This document shows, piece by piece, positions 52,516 through 64,000 of a DNA stretch of 64,000 nt. Numbering within the stretch: position 1 is the first letter of the stretch; the number at the start of each line of letters is the position of its first letter. The stretch is from the NCBI RefSeq assembly GCF_006345805.1, contig NC_042997.1:75020001-75084000 (forward strand). The letters are read 5' to 3'. The translations under genes were made by a program, and so were the position numbers. Source of the DNA: Octopus sinensis (taxonomy: Eukaryota). The notes under the pieces were generated by a model. It saw only the letters and a list, made by a program, of their open reading frames with translations. It had not been told where the DNA came from and did no database searches.

Positions 52516-52791
52516 TAATTCTTTTTTATTGGCCACAAGGGCTGACACACATGATTAGAAAACATAAAGGGACAAAACAGGACGAAAGATTACAAAGGGT
52601 TTTGTCCGTTTGTGAAAATATTGTGTAAAAAACAGTTTAACAAAGAATGATTGTAACATGGAAAAACTCCCAATAGGGGGAGGCGCTTCGAAAGGTTCCT
52701 GGTGGAAAAAAACCCATAAAAGCCAACGGGATCCTGGTCAAAAAGGGAGGTAGAGAGTCCCTTTTTTCTCCTTTTATATTACCTTTTTGAA

Positions 52792-55764
52792 TCACAGGCG
52801 AAACCTGAGAACTGGTTCATTTATACTGGCCATTCTCGCACAATTCACCCACCTTTCAGAAAATTTGCTATCGGACAGCACTCTCCTCTCTAACCTCATC
52901 TTCCTTTTCAAGTGAAACTTGAAAAAGTTGATGAGGCCTTGACCAAAGAGGAAAGTGTCTGACTTTAGCCCTTTCAAACGGGTCCACCATACCACTTCTT
53001 TCGCCACAGCCACTAAGCACAAGAAAACGGCCTCGCCCTCCTTGTTAAAGGAGGTCGGCGGGGCAATCTTCACTATGGATTCGGCCGATAGCCGGATCCG
53101 TCCTACACGTGACAGTAGCTGTTCGACATAAACCCATAGTTCAGCAATACTCGGGCACTGGACGAGTGCGTGCAGAACGGTTTCGTCGTCCTGGCAACAC
53201 CTCGGGCAGGCCCGGCTGACGGCACTTCCGTGCCGGTAGAGTTTACCCCAAGCAGGCAGAGCCCCTCGGTAGCACTGCCAGGCGAGCGACCTCTGGAAAT
53301 TATCCATTGGCCTCGGCCCGAAAGTCCTTCCGAACAGACCGCTCAATTCGTTATCGTCAACGCCTAGAGTTTCCCCGAGAACGTCGTCGCATTTTCCCTC
53401 CACTAACCCTCTATAGAACGCTAGAATGGAGCTGTAACCGATCGCATTGCCCGCCTGGCGGAAGGCGGAGAGAGCTTGACGGCACTCGAGGTACCAAGCA
53501 CCCTTTCTCGGTCTACGTTTGATCCAGGTCTGCAGCTCTGTCAAAGAGACGAACTGCGGAAAATCGCGGCTGACAAATGACGACCATACCTGTTCACCGT
53601 CTAGGAAACGCTTGAGATGTCGCAGCCTGAGCGCATGTCTGCGCGTCAGTAACCACGGCATTCCAAGGCCTCCGTTCAGCGGTGACGTCGTCGGCATAGG
53701 CAGACACGCTGTTTCCGCCTCCTAGATCGCGCGGGATACCCCTCAAAGCCTCCAACTTGCGCAGTAATGGCTCGAGAGTCAAAATGTACAAGAGGGAGGA
53801 GAGAGGGCATCCTTGGCGGACCGAACGCGAGATGTCGAACGGTTCCGAAAGGTGACCGTTCACCCGTATCACCGAGCAGATGTTGCTGTATAAAGCAGCT
53901 ATCCACCCGCGGAACACTGGACCGAAGCCAGCTGCCTTGAGGACAGCTTCCAGGTACCGATGGTCGACCCTATCGAAGGCTTTACTCTGATCCAAGTTGA
54001 TCAAAGCCCCACCCGCGCCAGCGTCGTTACCCACCCTCTCTATGATGTAGCGCATGAGATGGAGGTTGTCGTGTATCGATCTGGTCGGCACGGCGCATGT
54101 CTGCGTCTTGCCGACCAGCTTGTCCGCCACAGGCGCCAATCTCTTAGCTAGCACCTTGGCCAAAATCTTCAACTCTGCATTGAGCAGAGTGATGAGCCGA
54201 AAATTCCTTATAACGTCCCCCTTGTTTGGGTCCTTCTTCAGCAAAGCCACCACCCCTCGACAGACAAAAGCAGGAATTCTCCCGTTTTGCTGCCAGTTGC
54301 AGTAGACGTTTGCCAACAGGCCCGCAAACAAGTCTGGCATTGAAGTGTAAAGCTCGTAGGGCAGACCATCCAAACCCGGCGATCTACCTCTCGTGCAACT
54401 CTTCATCGCTTCTTCCACTTCGCAGGCAGATATCGGTCCTTCGCAGCACTCTGCCTCGCTGTCCGAGAGTTGCGGCAGTCCGTCCAGGTACACACCGAAG
54501 TCTGTACCGTTGGTGTCCGTTCCACCGCTCGTCCCAAATAGTTGAGCAAAGTGCCGCTGAAGCTCTGTACACATCTGCTTCGGTTCGGTAACCTCGCGCC
54601 CGTTCTGGTCCACCAAAGACCGAATGGTTGCTTTGTTGCCTCGCTTCGCCTCCGCCACGCGGGCCCATCGAGCGGCTCTAGTCCCCTCCCCGCTTAGCGA
54701 ACGTGCCTTAGCTCTGACAACGCAGCCTTCGTGTTTGGCGTCGAAGTGTTGGTCGAGGGCCAACCTTGCCGCCAACACGTCGGTCGCGATGCCAGTGTCA
54801 AGAGCCTCTTCTAGTTTCTTAACTAGATCCCACTCTCTCTTCCTACGTTCAATAGCTAGAGTCTTACTATACCTAATCGACTCTACTCTAATTGCTCTCT
54901 TGAGGGCAAACCACCAGTTGTTGTTGATGATTGCCCCCGTGAGCGCCCGCTCAACTAGTAAACTAATCCGGTCTCTGTAAGCTTTGCACGCCGTTAACGA
55001 TGCGTTCAGCTTCCAGTAGCCGGGTCCCTGTCTATGTAGCCTATCTAAGTCGACCGTACAGATCACTAATTTGTGGTCCGTATATTCGACTAGGTGGAAT
55101 TGTGGACACCCTACGCTGTCCTTATCCGCTGGCCTACAAAACACTCTATCTAAGTACGATCTAGACGACCCGATGCGGTTTGTCCAAGTCCACATTGGCA
55201 CATTCGGGTTGTCTAGTCGAGACCTGTCGGATAGCTGAAAGCGGCCGAGTAGGTTGGCGAGGCTCTTGCACCCCCCTCTCCCATTAGACGCTCCCCTGCC
55301 CACCCGATCGAAATGTTCGTCTAAGACAGCGTTCCAATCCCCAACTAGCACTAGAGTGCGTGACGTTCCCAGGAAAACTTCCAGACGTTTGAAATAATCC
55401 AACTGCCCTGCTCCTGTCGGAGCGTAGGCAGCCAGCAGTCTGAAAGCACCGCCGTCACTACCGTCCACGTCGAGGACCACCAACTTGCCTTCCGGATCCA
55501 AGAAGACTGTCCTTATTTTCAGGTCCAGGCCCTTCCGAAATAACACCGCAGTACCACCACCGCCCGCTCCCGGCCGACACGGAGATAGAAATATCTCGTA
55601 TCCGCCGAAAAGGGGGCGAGCCTGCGGGTCGGGTCGGAGAGCCTGGTTTCACTGATGGCTGCTACATCCACATCATGAAACCTCAGGTCGTTTAACAGGT
55701 GACCCTGTTTCCAAGGTGACCCGAGGCCTCTCACATTCAAGCAACCGATTCTAAGATTTGCCAT
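52792..55764 (-). pseudogene. Tx1 copy A ORF2, disrupted
   Basis: Segments 55519..55764, 53594..55546 and 52792..53697 in different frames. Confidence 0.9.
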
Positions 55765-56045
55765 GCTTCAAAAGTAAGGGAAAAAAAGGAGAAAAAAGGC
55801 TCTACTTACTGTTGTTGGTGGTGGGGGTGGCTCCCTTGTGCTTTTGCATGGGTTCTTCCACTATATTTTTGTAAAGTTTCTTAGAGAAACTTTTCCCTAA
55901 CGATCCCACATCGTTAGGGAATATTTGTTTAACTTCGTTGTATGTAGTTTTGTTTACTTTAATTGTCAGAATGTGTGCTGGTGGTGTGTTTTTTGTTGGT
56001 ATAACAAAATCTGTTATACTTGTACTGGTTGTGTTTTTCAAATAC

Positions 56046-57614
56046 TCAACCAGTTCTTGGTTTTTTGTATTTATTGCTGTAAGTGCGTCTGTGTGGGTGT
56101 GTCTGTGGCAGTGGCAATGGCAGTAGTGGTGTCGAAAGTGTTGTTGTTGTTTGTTGTTGTGAATGTGTGTTGTCGTTGATGTTGTTGTTGATGTTTGGAA
56201 GCACTATTTGTTCGTGCTTCCCCTGTATATCTTTTTGTTTTTTCCTCCTTTTCTTTTTTGGAGACACTGTGCTCCATTCTCCTTTGTTGGAATCAGAGCT
56301 CGCACAATCCGAGTACTCTTCATCCGGCAAAGGAATGGTTGAGGGGTCTGCTTCAGCAGCAGGACGAAAGGTTGTTGGTTCCGCCGGTATCGGTGGTGCC
56401 GCTGCTCCTGTTGCTGTTGATGTTGCTGCTGTCGACCTTCTAGGTACTGGTGTTGGTTTGGTGGTGGTTGTTGTTGTTGGAGGTGGTGTTGTTCGTCTTG
56501 GTGCCTGTGATGGTGTTGGTGGTGTTGCAGCCTTTGGTGTTTCGTACTGTTTTTGTTGTTTCTGTTGTTGTTGTTGTTGTTGTTGTTGTTGCTGCCTCTT
56601 GCTATATTCCTCCATTCTCTTTTTTTGAATGGGGCAGTCCCTCTTCAGGTGGCTTTCGCTACTGCAGAGGAAACATTTTGGCTTTCGCCCCTCTACAGTA
56701 ACATTTAGCCTGGTCCCATCTAGTAAGATGACAAAGTCAGGTATGTCATTGATGTTTTCCTGCTGGATCTGTACCAGCAGTTCAATACCCATACCTGACC
56801 AGTTCTTTTCTCGAACCCTCAGAACATTTAGAATAGTGGCAGTGTCCTCTATGCCATAGAGGATAGCCGCCACTAGCCATGAGATTTTCTGTTCGGGGGG
56901 TATTGTGTTTATTGTTATTTTTTGTACCTTACGCCCGAGGTACGTCGGAACGAGGTACAAATGTTCATTTTGCAAGGGCGAAATGGCATGCGCTCTTGCT
57001 TGCTCCTCTGTTGGGAAGCGAACCTCCACGGTTCCAAAACGCTTCCCTCTTGTCACATAGCTCTTTTGGCCCCAAATGGGCTTCAGAGCCATTTCTAACT
57101 GTTGTGGTGTGGCGTTACACAATCTTTTAGTTTTCTTTTCGAAAACTTTATAAAAAATTGTTTTTTTGTTGGTCTCTTGTATGAGTTGTTGAGGTGTGTT
57201 GAGGAAAACACTGTTTCCCTCTTTTCTCAACAAATCTTTTGCCATTTTTAGATCCTCCATCGTAATTTGTATATCTTCCGAAATTTGCTTCGCAGCAGAA
57301 GGAAAATCGTTGGAAATTTTTACATTTTTCTCTGTGTTCCTGTTTGTGTTTGTGTCTGTTATAACTTTCCTTTCCTCCCCCTTCGGTACAACATCACATG
57401 TTGAAGGCAGAGGGGGAAAATCGGGAATTACGTCGAACGCGACGTCCTGGCTTGTATTCTCCTTTCGAACGGAGCGCGTGCTCTCCGGTTCGGAAGGAGG
57501 ATCTTTGTTGACTTTTAAGGCGTGAAGTGGGTGTTTTGGACGAGTTGTGTGTGTTTGCGGAGGGAATGTATTTTGAAGGAAGGAACAGCCAACATGTTTT
57601 TTTGTAATTTTCAA
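56046..57614 (-). pseudogene. Tx1 copy A ORF1 (RRM-like region, CCHC knuckle, polyQ, Pro/Thr-rich); continues by frameshift to about 55770
   Basis: 522-aa ORF; TVEVRF, KCFLCSSESHLKRDCP. Confidence 0.85.
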
Positions 57615-58127
57615 AATGTTTAAATGTTCAAATGTTCAAAATTTCAAAACGTAATTTCACCCCGAATGGGGCAAAATTTTGCCTAACCCACCAGCTCTGC
57701 AAAGAGCTAGTCGGCTCGGCTACAAAAATATTAAAAAATATTAAGACTTATCAATAAATTTCCAATGAAATTGGTGCAAAATTCACGGAGCTTCCGGATA
57801 CACGTCCATCAGCGTTGGAAGAAATAATAATAATAATAATAATAATAATCAATTCTTTTTTATTGGCCACAAGGGCTGACACGCATGATTACATAAAGGG
57901 ACAAGACAGGACGAAAGGTTACAAAGGGTTTTGTCCGTTTGTTAAAAAATCCGTGTAAAAAACTTTAAAGCAATGATTATTAAAACAATGAAAAACTCCC
58001 AAAAGGGGGAGACGTCTCGAAAGGTTCCTGGTGGAAAAAACCCTACAAAAGCCAACGGGAGCCTGGTCAAAAAAAGGGGGGTAGAGAGTCCCCTTTCTTC
58101 TCCTTTACATTACCTTTTTCTTTGAAA

Positions 58128-61100
58128 TCACAGGCGAAACCTGAGAACTGGTCCATTTATACAGGCCAGTCTCGCACAATTCACCCACCTTTCATAAAAC
58201 TTGCTATCGGACAGCACTTTCCTCTCTAACCTCATCTTCCTTTTCAAGTGAAACTTGAAAAAGTTGATGAGGCCTTGACCAAAGAGGAAAGTGTCTGACT
58301 TTAGCCCTTTTAAACGAGTCCACCACACGACTTCTTTCGCCACAGCCACAAGGCACAAGAAAACGGCCTCGCCCTCCTTGTTAAAGGAGGTCGGCGGGGC
58401 AATCTTCACTATGGATTCGGCCGATAGTCGGATCCGTCCTACACGTGACAGTAGCTGTTCGACATAAACCCATATTTCAGCAATACTCGGGCACTGGACG
58501 AGTGCGTGCAGAACGGTTTCGTCGTCCTGGCAACACCTCGGGCAGGCCCGGCTGACGGCACTTCCGTGCCGGTAGAGTTTATCTCGAACAGGCAGAGCCC
58601 CTCGGTAGCACTGCCAGGCGAGAGACCTCTGGAAATTATCCATTGGCCCCGGCCCGAAAGTCCTCCCGAACAGACCGCTCAGTTCGTCGTCTTCAACGCC
58701 TAGAGTTTCCCCGAGAACGTCGTCGCATTTTTCCTCCACTAACCCTCTATAGAACGCTAGAGTAGAGCTGTAACCGACCGCATTGCCCGCCTGGCGGAGG
58801 GCGGAGAGGGCTTGACGGCACTCGAGGTGCCAAGCGCCCTTTCTCGGTCTACGTTTGATCCAGGTCTGCAGCTCCGTCAAAGAGACGAGCTGCGGAAAAT
58901 CGCGTCTGACAAAAGACGACCACACCTGTTCACCGTCTAGGAAGCGCTTGAGATGCCGCAGCCTGAGCGCATGTCTGCGCAACAGCAACCACGGCATTCC
59001 AAGGCCTCCGTTCAGCGGTCGTTGACAGCAGATGGATCGCCTGACCAGTGGCACCTGACCCTTCCACAAAAAGTCGAAGAGCAGGCGTACCAGCTTGGCC
59101 AACCAGCGGTCGGGACAAGGGACGACGGTCAAGCGGTAATAGATGACGGATGCGATGTACGCATTCGCCACCTCCGCTCGACCTTTCAGGGACAGCTTCC
59201 TCTCGGCCCATTTCTGGGTGAGACGTGCCACCCTGCTCGTCACCTCTTCCCAGTTCTTATCCACCTGGAGGTCCGGACCGAACCAGACCCCGAGCAGTTT
59301 AACGGGTCCGTCTGTCCAGCGCCCTACGACGCTGTTGGACGGCATGGGCTTGCCTCTCCAGGTGCCCAGTTGCAAGCCCACAGACTTTTCCGCGTTAATC
59401 TTTGCCCCTGTCACCGCTTCGTACTGGTTTAGCGTCTCGCCAATCAGGCCAATGTGCCTGTGGCTCGACACCACCACGGTGACGTCGTCGGCATAAGCAG
59501 ACACGCTGTTTCCTCCGCCTCCTAGATCGCGCGGGATGCCCCTCAAAGCCTCCAACTTGCGCAGTAATGGCTCGAGAGTCAAAATGTACAAGAGGGAGGA
59601 GAGAGGGCATCCTTGGCGGACCGAACGCGAGATGTCGAACGGTTCCGAAAGGTGACCGTTCACCCGTATCACCGAGCAGATGTTGCTGTATAAAGCAGCG
59701 ATCCACCCGCGGAAGACTGGACCGAAGCCGGCTGCCTTGAGGACAGCTGCCAGGTACCGATGGTCGACCCTATCGAAGGCTTTACTCTGATCCAAGTTGA
59801 TCAAAGCCCCACCCGCGCCAGCGTCGTTACCCACCCTCTCTATGATGTAGCGCATGAGATGGAGGTTGTCGTGTATCGACCTGGTCGGCACGGCGCATGT
59901 CTGCGTCCCGCCGACCAGCTTGTCCACGACAAGCGCCAATCTCTTGGCTAGCACCTTGGCCAAAATCTTCAACTCTGCATTGAGCAGAGTGATGGGCCGG
60001 AAATTCCCTATAACGTCCCCCTTGTTTGGGTCCTTCTTTAGCAAAGCCACCACCCCTCGACAGACAAAAGCAGGAATTCTCCCGTTTTGCTGCCAGTTGC
60101 AGTAGACGTTTGCCAACAGGTCCGCAAACAAGTCTGGCATCGAAAAGTAAAGCTCGTAGGGCAGACCATCCAAACCCGGCGATCTACCTCTCGTGCAACT
60201 CTTCATCGCTTCTTCCACTTCGCAGGCAGATATCGGTCCTTCGCAGCACTCTGCCTCGCTGTCCGAGAGTTGCGGCAGTCCGTCCAGGTACACACCGAAG
60301 TCTGTACCGTTGGTGTCCGTTCCACCGCTCGTCCCAAACAGTTGAGCAAAGTGCCGCTGAAGCACCGTACACATCTGCTTCGGTTGGGTAACCTCGCGCC
60401 CGTTCTGGTCCACCAAAGACCGAATGGTTGCTTTGTTGCCTCGCTTCGCCTCCGCCACGCGGGCCCATCGAGCGGCTCTAGTCCCCTCCCCGCTTAGCGA
60501 ACGTGCCTTAGCTCTGACAACGCAGCCTTCGTGTTTGGCGTCGAAGTGTTGGTCGAGGGCCAACCTTGCCGCCAACACGTCGGTCGCGATGCCAGTGTCA
60601 AGAGCCTCGTCTAGTTTCTTAACTAAATCCCGCTCTCACTTCCTACGTTCAATAGCTAGAGTCTTACTATACCTAATCGACTCTACTCTAATTGCTCTCT
60701 TGAGGGCAAACCACCAGTTGTTGTTGATGATTGCCCCCGTGAGCGCCCGCTTAACTAGTAAACTAATCCGGTCTCTGTAAGCTTTGCACGCCGTTAACGA
60801 CGCGTTCAGCTTCCAGTAGCCGGGTCCCTGTCTATGTAGCCTATCTAAGTCGACCGTACAGATCACTAATTTGTGGTCCGTATATTCGACTAGGTGGAAT
60901 TGTGGACACTCTACGCTCTGTCCTTATCCGCTGGCCTACAAAACACTCTATCTAAGTACGATCTAGACGACCCGATGCGGTTTGTCCAAGTCCACATTGG
61001 CACATTCGGGTTGTCTAGTCGAAACCTGTCGGACAGCTGAAAGCGGCCGAGTAGGTTGGCGAGGCTCTTGCACCCTCCCCCTCTCCTATCAGACGCTCCC

Positions 61101-61567
61101 CTGCCCACCCGATCGAAACGTTCGTCTAAGACAGCGTTCCAATCCCCAACTAGTACTAGAGTGCGTGACGTTCCCAGGAAAACTTCCAGACGTTTGAAAT
61201 AATCCGACTGCCCTGCTCCTGTCGGAGCGTAGGCAGCCAGCAGTCTGAAAGCACCGCCGTCACTACCGTCGACGTCGAGGACCACCAACTTACCTTCCGG
61301 ATCCAAGAAGACTGTCCTTATTTTCAGGTCCAGGCCCTTCCGAAACAACACCGCAGTACCACCACCGCCCGCTCCCGGCCGACACGGAGATAGAAATATC
61401 TCGTATCCGCCGAAAAGGGCTGCGAGTTCCTGCGGGTCGGAGAGCCTGGTTTCACTGATGGCTGCTACATCCACATCATGAAACCTCAGGTCGTTTAACA
61501 GGTGACCCTGTTTCCAAGGTGACCCGAGGCCTCTCACATTCAAACAACCGATTCTAAGATTTGCCAT
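58128..61567 (-). pseudogene. Tx1 copy B ORF2 (about 1145 aa reconstructed); 2-bp insertion near 60917 and an AGA>TGA stop near 60637; RT and C-terminal 816 aa open
   Basis: ORFs 60911..61567, 60636..60866 and 58128..60578 compared with copy A. Confidence 0.9.
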
Positions 61568-61576
61568 GTTTAAAAG

Positions 61577-62432
61577 TTAGGGAAAAAAAAGGAGAAAAAA
61601 GGCTCTACTTACTGTTGTTGGTGGTGGGGGGGTGGCTCCCTTGTGCTTTTGCACGGGTCCTTCAATAATATTTTTGTAAAGTTTCTGAGAGAAACTTTTC
61701 CCTAACGATCCCACATCGTTAGGGAATATTTGTTTTATTTCGTTGTAAACTGTTTTGTTTATTTTTATTGTGAGAATGTGTGCTGGTGGTGTGTTGTGTG
61801 TAGGTATTATGAAATCTGTAATGTTTGTGCTTGTTTTGTTTTTCAAATACTCAACCAGTTCCTGGTTTCTTGTATTCACTGCTGTAATCGTGTCTGTAAT
61901 TGTGTCTGTGTTTGTTTGTGTCTGTGGTAGTGGCAGTAGTGGTGTCGAAAGTGTTGTTGTTGTTGTTTGTTGTTGTGAGTGTGTGTTGTTGTTGATGTTG
62001 TTGTTGATGTTGGGAAGTACTGTTTGTTCGTGCTTCCCCTGTAAATCTTTTTGTTTTTTCCTCCTTTTCTTTTTTGGAGGTACTATGTTCCATTCTCCTT
62101 TGTTGGAATCAGAGCTCGCACAATCCGAGATCTCTTCATCCGGCAAAGGAATGGTTGAGGGGTCTGCTTCAGTAGCAGGACGAAAACTTTTTGTTTCCGC
62201 CGGTATCGGTGGTGCCGCTGCTCCTGTTACTGTTGATGTCGCTGCTGTCGACCTTCGAGGTACTGGTGTCGGTGTTGGTTTGCTGGTGGTTGTCGGTGTT
62301 GGTTTGCTGGTGGTTGTTGTTGTTGGAGGTGGTGTTGTTCGTCTTGGTGCTGGTGTTGGTGATGGTGTTGGTGGTGTGGCAGCCTTTGCTGTTTCTTGCT
62401 GTTTTTGTTGTTGTTTCTGTTGTTGTTGCTTG

Positions 62433-62472
<40 letters not shown>

Positions 62473-63484
62473 GCCTCTTGCTGAAAGCCTCCATCCTCTT
62501 TTTGTGAATGGGACAGTCCCTCTTTAAGTGGCTTTCGCTGCTGCAGAGAAAACATTTTGGCTTTCGCCCCTCCACAGCAACGTTTAGCCTGGTGCCGTCC
62601 GGCAAACTTACGAAATCAGGGACTTTACTTATATTCTCTTGCTGAATTTGCGCAAGAAGCAGCACTCCCATCCCCAACCAGTTTTTCGCGCCCTCACTCT
62701 CCTGACATCTAGAATGGTGGTAGTGTCCTCTATATCATAGAGGACAGCTGCCACCAGCCATGACATATTTAGCTCAGGGGGGACGAGGTCGATTTTATTT
62801 TTGTCACTCTTCGCCCGAGGTGGGTTGGAATTAGTAACAAATTCTCAGTTTGCAAGGGCGAAATGGCGTTCGCCCTTGCCAGCTCCTCTGTTGGGAAGCG
62901 AACCTCCACGGTTCCAAAACGCTTCCCCTTGGTTACGTAGCTCTTTTGGGCCCAAATGGGCTTTAGAGCTATCTCCAACTGTTGGGGTGTGGCATTTGTT
63001 ATTCTTTTTAGTTTTCTGTCGAAAACTTTGTAAATTATTGTTTGCTTGTTGGTGCTTTCAATCACCTCTTGTGGAGTATGAGGAAGATACCATTGCCATC
63101 CTTCCTTAACAATTCCTTCGCTCTTTTCACATCTTCTAGAGTTATCTTAACTTCCTCCGAAATTTGCTTCGCAGCAGAAGCAAAATTGTTGGAAGTTTTT
63201 TCTTTTATCTCCGTGTCAATGTTTGTGATGATTTTTGTATTTGTTTTTTTTTCCTCCTCCTTCCGTACCAAAGCATTAGGTGAAGGCAGAGGGGGAAAAT
63301 CGAGAATTACGTCGAACGCGACGTCCTGGCTTGCATTCTCCTTTTGAACCGAGCTCGTGCTCTGCGGTTCGGAAGGAGAATCTTTGTTGCCTTTTAAGGC
63401 GTGAAGTGGGTGTTTTGTACGAGTTGTGTGTGTTTGCGGAGGGAGTGTATCTTGAAGGAAGGAACAGCCAACTGTTCGCTTCAT
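61577..63484 (-). pseudogene. Tx1 copy B ORF1, frameshifted
   Basis: ORFs 63062..63484, 62769..63065 and 61577..62677 are collinear with copy A ORF1. Confidence 0.85.
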
Positions 63485-63723
63485 AGCTATGTTTTTTTTT
63501 TGTTGTAATATTCAAAATGTTGAAAAATGTCAAATGTTCAAAATTTTAAAACGTAATTTCACCCCGAATGGGGCAAAATTTCGCCCAACCGACGAGCTCC
63601 GCAAGAAGCCGGTCGGTTTGGCTACAAAAATATTAAAAAATATTCAAACCTAACAATAGATTTCCAATGAAATTGGTGTCAAATTCACGGAGCTGATTCA
63701 CGTACGTCCATCGGCGTCGGAAG

Positions 63724-63801
<78 letters not shown>

Positions 63802-63870
63802 GAAGAAGAAGAAGAAGAAGAAGAAGAAACACACAAAAGCCGTTCGATTCACTTCAACATTTAAGTTTAA

Positions 63871-63921
63871 TTTGTCAAAATATTTTCGTCGCTATAAGAC
63901 CGCGACCTGTTCACTGACAAA
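63871..63921 (-). ncRNA. Type I hammerhead motif, G3-C8 variant
   Basis: TTTGTCA-GTGAACA-G-GTCGC ggtcttata GCGAC-GAAA-ATAT-TT-TGACAAA; perfect 7-bp stem I and 5-bp stem II. Confidence 0.6.
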
Positions 63922-64000
63922 AATCCGTGCTGCATCTGAGAAAGTAACAGTTAGTTCGTTATATATATGTACGTATGTGTGTATGTATGTATACACGCAT

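Larger units (their letters stand above)
52516..57822 (-). mobile_element. Full-length Tx1/L1-type non-LTR retrotransposon, copy A (ORF2 frameshift and 461-bp deletion)
   Basis: ORF1 with CFLCSSESHLKRDC knuckle and polyQ; ORF2 with APE endonuclease (CLNVRGL, VGDWNA, SYLD), RT (LDQSKAFDRVDH, VRQGCPLS, YADD) and CPRC...H...C; AATAAA then (ATT)16. Confidence 0.95.
57850..63724 (-). mobile_element. Full-length Tx1/L1-type non-LTR retrotransposon, copy B
   Basis: Same architecture and same 5' and 3' termini as copy A; flanked by (AAT)9 and (AAT)25(AAG)9 on the plus strand. Confidence 0.95.

Noticed and set aside
53676-53690. Splicing as the cause of the 461-bp Tx1 deletion
   Set aside because: No register of the breakpoint gives GT...AG; 4-bp microhomology explains it.
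53960-62507. Plus-strand ORFs overlapping the Tx1 copies (e.g. 56083..56628, 61755..62507)
   Set aside because: They are antisense shadows of GC-rich or low-complexity coding sequence; recurrence only reflects the two copies.

Overview
AT-rich, microsatellite-rich eukaryotic genomic DNA. The SINE, RTE and Penelope repeat types suggest an octopus/coleoid cephalopod; this is my recognition, not a database hit. The only host-gene sequence I can support is two minus-strand exons (20144-19986 and 11912-11731) of a divergent DNAH9/11/17-type (beta-type) axonemal dynein heavy chain. The rest is largely a nest of mobile DNA. Standouts: (1) a young 2.9-kb Merlin (IS1595/ISXO2-type DDE) transposon at 21013-23916 with an 8-bp TSD, about 0.7-0.9-kb near-identical modular fold-back arms, a second nested 132-bp hairpin, and an uninterrupted transposase frame lacking an in-frame 5' ATG; (2) two full-length head-to-tail Tx1/L1-type LINEs (52516-57822, 57850-63724), each flanked by (ATT)n, with divergent ORF1s and a covarying 5'UTR hairpin; (3) hammerhead-ribozyme motifs, several at ends of Penelope-like elements, showing C3-G8, U3-A8 and G3-C8 core pairs; (4) a Helitron inserted at an A|T site inside a Penelope-like ORF. 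Also present: decayed CR1-like LINEs with a CCCH-finger ORF1, RTE, hAT, piggyBac and Tc1/mariner remnants, and tRNA-derived SINEs. No rRNA, bona fide tRNA or CRISPR array was found.
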